NCBI RefSeq assembly: GCF_009914755.1
Contig: NC_060925.1
Strand: one strand, 5' to 3'
Source: the human T2T-CHM13v2.0 reference genome, Homo sapiens
DNA length: 64,000 bases
Positions 28,891-40,711 of the stretch are shown one piece after another (the stretch's first letter is position 1; each line of letters begins with the position of its first letter). Under the pieces are notes generated by a model, which did no database searches, was not told where the DNA came from, and saw nothing but the letters and a program-made list of their open reading frames with translations. The translations under genes were made by a program, and so were the position numbers.

Positions 28891-31800
28891 CACTTTGTAC
28901 AACTTCTGCAAATAAGTATCCTTCAAAAACCAGGACCCAGAACAGCATGCTGTGGGCAGTCACTATGACTTCTAACCCAAAAACATTCAATATTTAAATT
29001 ATTTGGATGTAGCTATTTAATCATTTAACTATTTCCTTATCTGTACCATTACCAATGTCATATCTTTTTATGGTATATTCACTTCTTGCCTAATGCATCT
29101 TTCAAAACAGAAAATGAGATAATTCAGTTTGCTCTTACTGAATTTATGCTGATTTTTAACTTCTTCCTTTACTAATGCTCCCAAGTCAAAAGCTGAATGA
29201 CGTTTGTAGGATTCCTTTGGGGTTAGATCTCAATCTTTCTGATTTGTTTCCATCTTTTCCCTACTTCCCCTACAACATCCACCTTTTTCTTTGGGAAAGA
29301 ACCTGGAGCAACATTTATTTTTCATCAGTGTGGTATAGTGATCTCTTACAAAAGCACTTAAAAATATAGCAGGTGCCTTATTCTGGATATTCTATATATG
29401 CCCTCTGAGCAGAAGGCAGACAGGAGTACTGTACAGTAAGAAAAGGACATCTTAAGTTTAAATTTGGCAGAACTCTAATAACTAAGGACTCGGCTTGAAT
29501 ATGCTGAGAGCAGAGGGCAGAGACAAAGTATGATCCAGAAAATGAAGTATTAGATTGGCCGGCGAGGGTGAGAGAAGCAAGTAAATCAAGAGATGGAATA
29601 GCGGCAAGTGAGACTTTTGGAACCAAAGTAGTGAGAGCGGCTTGGGTGAGAGGGAGATTATTAGTGAGAGAGTCAGATGAGTAAGGATTGGCCAGGAGCA
29701 AAGTTGGTTCAGTACCTGTCTGTGGCCCTGATCACTGTATTTTTTCTATCTGGGATGAGCTCAGGCTTTAAAGTGGTAATGTCTTGCAAGACACTTTGGA
29801 TTTAAATTCATTTAATGAAGGTAAGTGTATTTCTACAATATCCTTAGGTATCTTAGGTTTTAACTCTCAAATATATTTTCTCTACTCTTTTTAGTTCTGA
29901 TAAAATTCTTTATGGGATTCTAGAAAGATAATAGGAGTCAAACAGTTCTCTCTAATTATAATTTAACAGTGTACCACCTGCTCTAAGTAGTGAGTATTAA
30001 TAGACAAAATATGTTGCTATTTTTCCTAATATTTTCTCCAAACTCAGATCATTTGAGGCTTTAGCACTTCTGACCTGTCCTTAAATCTTGATGCCACCCT
30101 TTTATTTCATCATTGGTAATGTGATCTGTCTTTTCTCATATAAGCACCAAACACTGAGTTATCTAAATGCATAACCTTTTTCTTACTTCTTAGGAAACTT
30201 AGTGATTATATAATCAAATTTGTACTTGTCAGCTTCTCATTTTTCTTGATCCATCTTCAGGTTAGAGTTGCTGACTATAAGATAATATCTATTGTTTTCT
30301 CTGAACTTCCTGAAATTAGGTTTACTAAAGGTGGGATACTTGCATTTCTAAGCTCAGACTTCCTTTCATTGGCCTAATAAACTCTAAGTTAACGTGGAAT
30401 GGTTACTTTCCTTCAAGATTCCTTTAGCTGCCATTTTCTTCAAACAGACTTTTTTAGCCAGAAATAAGCCAAAGCAGCAAGTCCCCTCATTACTTGTCTC
30501 TCTTTTGTGAGACTGAATTTCCAACAAGGCAATTCAATAATTTTTCCGATGTTTTGCCTTTAGTGGAGTGGGATTTCCATCTGAAGTTTGCAAAGGCTTT
30601 CATCACTCCTCTGTCTTGCCTGTCCCTATTAACCATCTGGTTACAAGGTCTCTGAGGCAGTCCCAGGGTAACATTTTGTTTTTCTTTCATTTCACTCTCC
30701 TGCAGCTGCTTCCTCCATACTCCACCCTGAGGTTTGTGGATTTCCATGCATGTGTATAATTTTTTTGATAGATACTGCTTCTCCCCTAGCCCTTCCATCA
30801 GACCCATTTATTCCAGACAAGATACACCTTTCCATGCCATAATCTGGTCAGGAATCACATTTCTACAAATCCCCATAAGACTTAAGGGATTATTTTACCA
30901 AATTCTCTTCAGTTTTTAAAGTTCAGTTTGATAATTTTCATCTGCTATGTGTTGGTACAGGGACAAGTGAGAATATTAACCTTGTTCCCAGCCCATTTCT
31001 CTGGTATCTTTTGGAAATTGCTGGGCAAGGCCTCCACTATTTTTCTTTCTGTTCCCTCCTGTTTATGCTCCATAGTATCCAATATGGTCTTGCAGTTTTA
31101 TCTGAGTACTCTTCTCTTTCCTTTCACAATTCAATTGAAATAATAAAGCACTCGATCAGGCTGACTGGTGTCCCGCCAACACTGTCTTGCCAGTCTTATG
31201 AGATGCAGTCCATCTCTTACTAGAAGCAGCAGGAAGAAGAGATGAAAACATCACTAGTGCCCCTAAACCATTCATTTTCCTACGCAGAAATTCAAAGACG
31301 TTAGAGATACATTCCCGGCTTCATAAAGAGAATGAGAATTCATTCTCATATATATCAACAGAAGTGGAAAGCATTCGGGGGACTTTATAAGTCTTGGCAG
31401 ACTCTCAAGTCTCTGTTATATGCTGCCTGGGAATAAAGCACGTTTCTCATTTAACTGGGCCAAATGTGCACACTGTCACTTCAGTTCTCTCAGCGAGGAA
31501 ACGAAACTGCCTCCTGTAGGAGGCATTGTCTGGTTTCTTTTCTCTAGCACAGGTGAACCTGTAGAATATGTCAGGAGCTTCTTCAGAAGGTCCTTGTTCA
31601 TCTTTTAGAAGGAAATCTTTATACTCATTGCAGGAGGCCAGGTTTCTTTTTCTTCTTTTATCTCATTCTTTCCCATCAGCCTTCCAGTACTTCTTTTGAT
31701 ACCCTCTTCTTCCTCAGAATCTTTTTCTTTCTGTTTCCCTTATGGAATTGGTAGCTTCATAATATGGGCCATACGCATGGTAAATGCTATGCTATTATGC

Positions 31801-32372
31801 ATTGGAAATGAAGATGTGGTGTTGATAAAAGGGAAATCATGCAGATGCCAGGCTGTCCCCAGGGCCCCAGATCATTCCCAGGGGTAGGACGGAGGGCCTC
31901 TGAGGCCATTTTGTTTGTTTTTTTTTTTTTTTTTTACTTTCAAGGGGCTAGGAGAATCAGGATGTATGTTGTCTAGCAAAGATTTCTGGTTCTCAAGGAC
32001 TCTCTAGTCCCTGGATAACACTGGGCATAACCATGCTTGATGTTCAAATGAAATTCATAGCAGTTTAATCAGTTGATCCCATTGCTTTTTTATATTCTGT
32101 TATTAATACTGATTTATAAAACCCAGTTATTTTCCTCATTATTGCTTCTCAGTTCTGTGCTTTCTATGAATTCCAATTTAACAAAAGAATGAGTTTACCA
32201 TTTTGATGTCACTATCTGCTTGATCCAGGGATTATGTATTGGATTTAAGGTCCCATGGCTGCAGGTTATTACAAGTATGTTTGAATACTGTGCTTTGCAA
32301 ACATACTGATTTGCTTGAAATGCCACCTTCCTTTTCTTTCTTATTTCTATGTTTCATGAGAGACAGCAGAGG

Positions 32373-32600
32373 ACAGTGCTTAAGGGCCCAAGGTTTAGAG
32401 CTACCCTTTGGAATCAAATCTTGGCTTTGATATCTTCCTAGCTGTGTGACCTTAGGAAAGTTATTTAACCTTTCTGTTTATCAATTGCTTACTCCATAAT
32501 AGCACAGAGGGTTATTGTGAGGATTAAATGAGCTAATTCGCAAGCACGTAGTGATGCTTGAAACCTCATAAGTACTCAATAAATATTAGCTTTTATTATT
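32373..32600 (+). mobile_element. MIR SINE
   Basis: ctagctgtgtgaccttaggaaagttatttaacc..gttattgtgaggattaaatgag..tcaataaatattagc. Confidence 0.8.
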
Positions 32601-33844
32601 AATTCTCTGCTTAATTAACACTAATTTATTAAACTCCATTTTAAATATCACCATCTCTGTGAAGCTTTCCACAATTACCCAAGGCAGAACTAATCCCTTT
32701 CACTCCTCTGTTTTCCCAGAGCATTTTGTACATATTTGATTGAACTGTAAATAATTTTTAACATGTGTCTTTCTCCCTTGCTAGACTATGAGCTCCATAA
32801 GGATAGACGTCTTTCTTTTTAAAATTCACGTTGTATTCCTAGTTTCTAGCACAATTTCTGGATTGCAGCAAGTGCATAATAAATATATGTTAGCACTACA
32901 TCTCCATCGAGATTACAAACATCCTGAGCCTTGGACCATGCCGTGTCTGTTTTTTTGAATCTCCTGCAGTCCTTAGCACACTGCTGGTCACACAGCAAAT
33001 ACTAAATACATACTTGCTGATTGACTGATATTGAAACTGCCTACCTCTGAAGAAATAGACCATTAAGTCATTAAGGCATTTGAAAGGAAAAAAGAACAAA
33101 AGATGAGATCTACTGAGCATAGCTTGCTTAGAAATATTATTGTTGCATTCCCAACCAGGGAAGATGGGGTAGATCAGAAACTTGAATGCATGACTGAAAA
33201 ACTTGTTCAGACAAGAGGGGCTTAGTTAACTTTGTGGGACACTGGGGTTCTTTCTACAGCAGATGGGGAATAATGTGCTGTGGAAGCTGAGAGGATAAAC
33301 AAAGCAGTGTCATGGAGTTTAAACTATCGAACAGAGGAATCTATAAAGAGGCCAGCAGAGAGGAGGGAAGAAACAAGCTAAAATAAACAGATGGGTGGAC
33401 AGAGAAAATATTAAGCATGAAAACAGATAACCCAGGTCCTCCAGGAAAAAGGGAAGTAGGAAAAATGGTATGTCAAGAAAGAAGAAACACTCTAGGGAAA
33501 ACACTGAAGTAATCATGTAGCAGCAATTACATGGCGTGCCTGGGTGTGTGCTAAAAAACAGCAATAACAACCACAATAAAAGGACAAGAAGCAATGTCTG
33601 ATGCATGTGCAGACAGAAAATGACTTTAAAGGGAATGTGGCCGTTAATATCAACGTGGACTGAAAAATCACACAGCCACATCATCTAGATGTGGTCTGAA
33701 ATAATGGGCAAAATGGCAGGGACTTGTATAAAAATGACAATAACTGTGGCTCCTAGAATTTGAATAGAGCTGTGCTGTGTATAATACTTTCACACATATC
33801 TTTTCATTTAAAACAATGGAGTTGAGGCCTTCTGACATTATCCA

Positions 33845-35405
33845 GTATATATTTTCCCTCCTGCCAATCCCTTGCCTGGACTGTTACAATAGCTTCTAAC
33901 TGGTCTCCTTGTTTCTGCCCTTGCCCCTCTAGCAAACTGTATCAACACTGCAGCCAGAAAGATCCTTTGCAAAAATAAGCCAGATCATATCAGTCTTCCT
34001 TTCTAAAAGCCTTACTGGTTTCCTGCCAAGGACTTTGCTATTTCAGGGTCTTTGCACTTTCTGTTCATTCTGAATGCAGTGTTCTTCCCCTGGATACCCA
34101 CATCATTCATTCCCTCACTTTTTTAGGTGTTTGCCCATATGCCATTAAACAGGCAGGTGTTCCCTGGCCAGTCTCTCTAGTAATTTTTATTCTCCTAAGC
34201 TTGTTCTATTTTCTCCATTACACTTGTCACCATCTGACATATTATGTATTCATCTGTTTATTTGTCATTGTCTGTTTCTCCCTACTAAACTGTGAGCTCC
34301 ATGAGAGCTGGGATTTTCACTACTGGATTGTGCCAATGACTGCTATAGTACCGGAACATACTGGTTGCACATTAAAGATTATTGGACAAATTAAGAAACA
34401 TACATGGATGAATTTGACAACTGTTGCCAACTAGAGGTGGAATTTCATTGATTGCATATGCGAGACAAAATGAAACAATACAAAGTATTGGTAAAACAAT
34501 CGGTGCTTTCTGACCTTGTGGACCACTTTCCTATTCTTAAGACTTCCTTTTTGTATTTCTTCCACACTATCATTTTATTTTGGTTATCCTTCTCTTTCTT
34601 TGATCACTTCTTCACATTTGTTCCTCCAGAACTCCCTACTTCTTCATAGAGTATTAGGTTAAGTAAGAAATAAGAAAATACATGTGCAGCTGCTATCTTG
34701 GGTCTGGAACACAGTGGGCGTTGGAAATGTCAGCTCTTTCTCCTTTATATCCTCCAGCATAGGCCCATAATTCCTTTATCAATTTCAATACATTCAAATC
34801 TAAGTTTTTCATGCTACACCCCAAACTCCCCTCAAACCTAAAACACTAACATCAAAACCTTAACTCATTATCTTTTATTTTTCTTTATCTCTGTGGAACC
34901 ATAAAAAAGCTGGACATCTTAGTCTTATTATCAGCTCTTTACTATACCTATGCCTAATATAATGAGAATCACTGACTCTTGGAGGAAGAATTAACAAGAC
35001 TTTATTAATTTCATCTCTGTTTCCATTACCATAGCCAATTACCAAATCCAGGACCACATTATGGCATACCTGAAATATTCTCAGTTCCCCATTCCCTTCT
35101 AATCTCTACTTAGTCTACAGGGCTCCTTAAATGTCACTTCCTCAAGGAGGCTTTCATTGGCCCCTTCAATCTAAATTAGGTCTCACTATGAAACAGATTC
35201 TATATATCTTGCATTTTTTCTATGTAGCTCATATCAAAAAATAATTTTATCTTGTTAGTGTGATTCCTTAATATCTGTCTCTTTCTATATTCTGTATGCT
35301 TTATGAGGACAGAAGCTGTGTATGTTTTATTTATTGCCCTGCAGAAGCTCAATTCCTAGTGCATTGCTTATCTCATGGTAGGTATGCAATAAAGATTTCC
35401 TGAAA
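33845..35405 (+). mobile_element. Cluster of L2 fragments
   Basis: gcctggactgttacaatagcttctaactggtctcc; ctaaactgtgagctccatgagagctggg; taaatgtcacttcctcaaggagg. Boundaries approximate. Confidence 0.65.
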
Positions 35406-35559
35406 AATACATAGGCTTCTTCAAAACTTCCAACTTTTTTGGCCTCCAGAGCTTTATGTATTTCTATTTTCATTCTTCAGTTCATTTTATTGGACAAAAT
35501 GGAAATGAATAGTCATCTTAACGTGGATTTCTTTCAAACTGTTCATTTCAAATATTATA

Positions 35560-35760
35560 GCTAATAGTAACATTTATTTAGGACACATTTGGTGCAGGCA
35601 CCATGCTAAAAGCACTTCACACATCATCTAATTTATAACTCTATGAGGCAGATACTTTTATTATTTCCATTTCACAGATTAGTTAGCTGAGGCAAGTTCA
35701 TGCAGCTATGAAACGGCAATGCCATAGTTTGAACCTAGGCAGTGTGACAGAGTAGTCCCA
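35560..35760 (-). mobile_element. MIR SINE
   Basis: aactctatgaggcagatactt..ttattatttccatttcacagat..gctgaggc..tttgaacctaggcagtgtgac. Confidence 0.75.
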
Positions 35761-38562
35761 TGCCTAATTCAGGAAATTCTTTCACCATAAATATAATCTG
35801 TTAAAATTTTACAAACTTTGCTTTGTATTTCAATGAGGGCAATAGTTTCTGAAGACATTTTTATGGTCACTTTCTTTAAATATGTCTGCTTGTTAAAATG
35901 ACACTGGGAAGTCCAAATTCAGCTTCATGACACGTCTCTCCTCTTATGCAAGATATCTTAATATATTGTTTAGACTCCTTTCCCTCTCTGCTTGCCAAAG
36001 ATGTAGTTTCCTTAATCATGCCCTTTCTGGCAGCTTCAGCTATTCTCTCCCAAACATATGCAAGCATATGCAAGCCTGGATCGTTCTCATATAAACAAAA
36101 CAATCTTTTCCTCTACTCGATTCCTCTTCTTATCCCTTTCCTACTGACCTTTCTCAAGTTACTGAAAGTGTATTCTGCACACTTTGTTGTTACTTTCTCA
36201 GTCTTCATTCATTCCTCAAATTATCACCTCCTGGATTCTACTTCTCATCATTCCATTGAAGCTGCTTCTTGGGTCAGGAAAAGCTAAAATGTGATGGGTC
36301 TGAAGGTTATGCTAAGGAGCTTACCTTAGGATTACGGTTACAATGGGGGAATTTTAAGCAAGGGATAAAACAAACAGTCCTACATTTTTAAAAGACTCCT
36401 TCATAATAGTTGGAGAATGGATTAGATAAGGAGGACAAAAGAAAGCAGGACAGTTAATATAATGTTTTAGAATTCCAGGAAAGAATACGTAAGCAACACA
36501 CTGAGGCCTCAGCATTATGTAAAGAATGTAAGAGGAGGGAGATGTAAGAGATAAGAACAATAGTCATTGCTGACTAGCTTGTGAATAGGATGAGTAATAA
36601 GATGACATCCAGGCTGAACTGCAGCTTTTTGAGTTAGGTAAGATGGGGTTCATTGAGACAGAGGACTCAGGAGGAAGAGCAGGTTTGGAAGGAATGGGAA
36701 TCAGTTTAGTTCTAAGTATGATGGCTACTGGGTTCCTTGGTCAGACGATGCAGGTGGAGGTGACCCCAAGATATGGTGACACAAGTCTGAAGTATAGAAA
36801 AGATGTCTCGGATGGAGAATAGTTGAGTCATTGTGTAGGAAACGTTTAGATTTATCATAAAGGAAGATTATACAGAGAGAAGGAAGCAGAGAGGTGAATA
36901 CAGACACCAACATCATGTTCTTTCAATCCTTTTCTACTTTCCCCAACCTGTTCTTCAGCTTCCATCATATGAGACTACACGCTGCTCTCTGAACTCAGTG
37001 ATTTTCTCAAGGCCCACCTTCCCCTACCTCTTCCATGAGGTTAATATCAGAAGGAAAAAGGAATCATATTAAACATATTTCAAAGTAAAGGATCAAAGCT
37101 ACAGGACAAGAAATAATTTTGTTTTGTAGAAGTGTAAAAGGGGTATTTTAAGTTTGGTATTAATTAAATAAGGAGTTTAGAACCCAGAATTTTGAATTTA
37201 ATTAGAAGTTTTCATTTATAAAGATTTAAAAATTGTTTATTATGGCACAAATAATTACTTACGGCATAAAACTTTTTTCTAGAGATTGACCATCCTTATT
37301 AGAACCTTGTCTAATTCATTTTTGATTTGTCCTTGAAAAGTTTTGGAAAACTTTGAGAGGTTGAAAATTTGAATATAAAGTAAATGATGCAATTTATGGT
37401 ACATTTTTGTCACTGAATTATAATTTGAGAGATGAAAGGGATCCCTTTAAAATGCAAATATTGAGGTCTTGGAACAACTGTCTATTTGGAAAAAAATAAA
37501 GTTATAACTGTACATGATACTTTAGAGCCAAACAAATTTTAGAGAAATTGAAGTAAAATACAAATATTAAAATCCTAAAACAACTAGATGGGGTAAATAC
37601 TGATATAATCTTATGGTAGAAAAGGTTAACCTAAGCAAACAAACGGCAAAAATCACAAAATGAGCCTTTGCTAGAGATGATTACACAAATTAAAGCTTCT
37701 GTGTATGTATATGTATATATATACATATATACACACACACAGTTTTATAGTATAATATAAATATAAATACACAGTTTTATATTTATAATACAGTTATTTG
37801 TTATAACAAATTTAATCTCTAATTTTCTAAAGAGATAACTGCATTTATAAAAACTGAAAATGCTCGCTTCCCCGAAAACCTCGCCACTATCAGCTACTAT
37901 TTTGTTTTTTGACAGGGCACAGCATCTGCCTAGAAATGACAACAGGTGGAATGAGTATGGACATTCTGGGGAGAAGGCCAAGGTAGTGGAAAATCCACCA
38001 GACATTGAGAAAATCTACCACAGCTGCCCATTAAGATGTTGACACTGATAAGGTCTAAGATGCTGGTAAGATGGTATCTACAATGTCTTGAGGCTTATGT
38101 AACATGTAACACCAAGGACATTTCACTCTGGATAACCTCCAAAGTAAGACAACTTAGGAGAGGAACATAAACTTGCACTATTTTTAATAAGATGCCTTAT
38201 TCCTCTTTGATACTTCAGAAATCTTTATCTACATCCAAGACTTCACAATTCTTTGGTTTAATTCTGACTTTGATTTTTTTTTGATTAATGATCTACAGGC
38301 TTTCATGCAACCACAGATTTTTTGTTTGCTCTGTTTTGTTTTTTGTCTAAGTTATCAATATTTAATATACAATCTCTGAAAGATTTGAGGGCTAGAAAAG
38401 GTAAAAATGCTTTCATAATCATATTGCACTTCTTTTATTTCAAATATAAATAATATCTTCCTTTAGAAATTTTTACACCTAAGGAAAAGATGCCTAGAGA
38501 TGGAGATTTTACATTTAATTCAAATTGATTAAGAAGAGAGAGAAAGCTGGGAGAATTCCTAT

Positions 38563-39069
38563 TGAGAGGTGAAGCCAGCTGGACTTCCTGGGTCCAGTGG
38601 GACTTGGAGAACTTTTCTTACAAGAGGATTGTAAAATGCACCAATCAGCACTCTGTAACTAGGATTGTAAAATGCATCAATCAGTGCTCTGTAAAAACAT
38701 ACCAATCAGCACTCTGTAAAATGCACAAATCAGTGCTCTGTAAAATGCACGAATCAGCAGGGTCCTAAAAGTAGCCAATCACAGGGAGGATTGAAAAAAG
38801 GGCACTCTGATAGGACAAAAACAGAATATGGGAGGGGACAATAAGGGAATAAAAGCTGGCCACCCCAACCAGCAGTGGCAACCTGCTGGGGTCCCTTTCC
38901 ATGCTGTGGAAGCTTTGTTCTTTCGCTCTTCGGAATAAATCTTGCTGCTGCTCACTCTTTGGGTCCTTGCCACATTTAAGAGCTGTAACACTCACTGCGA
39001 AGGTCCACGGCTTCATTCTCGAAGTCAGCGAGACCATGAACCCCTGGGCAGGAACCAATTCCAGACACA
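38563..39069 (+). mobile_element. ERV9 solo LTR (LTR12 family, LTR12F-like), antisense to DPYD
   Basis: TGAGAGGTGAAGCCAGCTGGACTTCCTGGGTC..CCAGACACA with a perfect 4-bp TSD CTAT (38559-38562, 39070-39073). Five tandem tgtaaaatgcaccaatcagcactc-like units; AATAAAA box at 38848-38854; poly(A) AATAAA at 38934-38939. Confidence 0.92.
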
Positions 39070-39689
39070 CTATATCTCCAAATCATATAGTAGTCATAGC
39101 CACACATTGGCAAAAAGGCTCGTGAAGGGCTGTAGGTTCTGGCCTTCGCATTCCATTAGTGTTCAGTTTGTTCAGTTCATACTTTTAGTGGCACAAAAAT
39201 AATTTAACATGAACAACTCAAGAGACGATTTGGGGCTTTTATGCTGTTAAAAGTCCCAAATGTTCATTTTATTTAGAATGATGGCATTGAAGTGCTGGCA
39301 CGCTTTGTGGTCAGCCACTCCCTTTGCCCTTTCGGAACTCTGTATTGCTGAAATTTTGGAACATTGAGTCTGGACCACTGTTTTTAGCATGAGATACATT
39401 TTTTTTTTCTTCATAGGTAGAAGGAATTTTTAAGGGTTCCAGTCTCCAGTTGACTGCTAAAGATGAATTTCAGTGAGGTCTACTTGAGAACACATAAAAG
39501 CAAGCTTTTCAGCTGATATTTCAAACAGAAAATGGAGATGTAGGAGTAGAGTGTCATCAAACACAGAAGAATGAATTTCAGTAACTGCAAACTACATTTT
39601 AGTGATGATGATTTCAGACAGAATGCCATCCAGTAACACCTCCATTTTTCTCATTATGACTGCTTGGAAACAATACTGTCTTGAGGGTG

Positions 39690-40030
39690 ACAGAAAAAAA
39701 GAAGGCGTGGTTACAAAAGGGTTACCTGAGGAATCCTGGTGGTGATGTCACTGTTTTGCATCTTGACTGTGGTGGTGGATACATGAACCTCCATACATGA
39801 CAAAATTGTACAGAACTAAATACAACACACACATAGAAGTAAAACTGGAAAAACTTGAATAGGATTGGTAGATTGTGTCTGTGTCAGTATGCTGGTTGTG
39901 TTATCATACTATAGTTTTGCAACATGCAAAACAGGTGAAACTGGATAAAGGGTACACAAGACCTCTCTGTATTATTTCTTACAACTACATGTGAATCTAC
40001 ATTTCTGTCAAAATGAAAAGTTTAAGGAAA
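39690..40030 (+). mobile_element. L1M (L1MD/MC-type) 3' end
   Basis: gaatcctggtggtgatg..tcttgactgtggtggtggatacatgaac..tatttcttacaactacatgtgaatctac. Confidence 0.8.
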
Positions 40031-40546
40031 AAAATCAAGAAAGGTAACACATACTCATAATTCTATCTTAGTGTAATTTTTGTTATTACCAGAAAATAAT
40101 CTCCTGAGACCCAAATAAATGTCCAGGCTTTCCAGAGGCCAAACCAGAGAAAGTTTTTCCAAAACTTTCAAGTGATCACATTGATATTGATGTGCTTATT
40201 GATAATTGAGTTGTACTACATGACTAATACAAGATATCTTGGAGTTAATTATGTATTAAAATAATTTTTAAGTGACTATAAGAAAACTAGGAATTTCATC
40301 TTAATATCTCCTGATACATTTAATGTATATAAAAATTTCCATGACATGCATGCTTGCCAGTGTTCTAAAAAGTATAAAATATGCAAATAAAAAAGGTTAT
40401 TTTATAATTTAAATGCAGTTTTCACCATGGACAGATGTTTTTAAAACTTTCATTATAATTCTAAAACCAAATTAGTGATACATTTAAGCAGTAAATAAAC
40501 ATTTTAACTATATTTGTATATTTAACCAGTAAAGTAGGCATACTTA

Positions 40547-40711
<165 letters not shown>

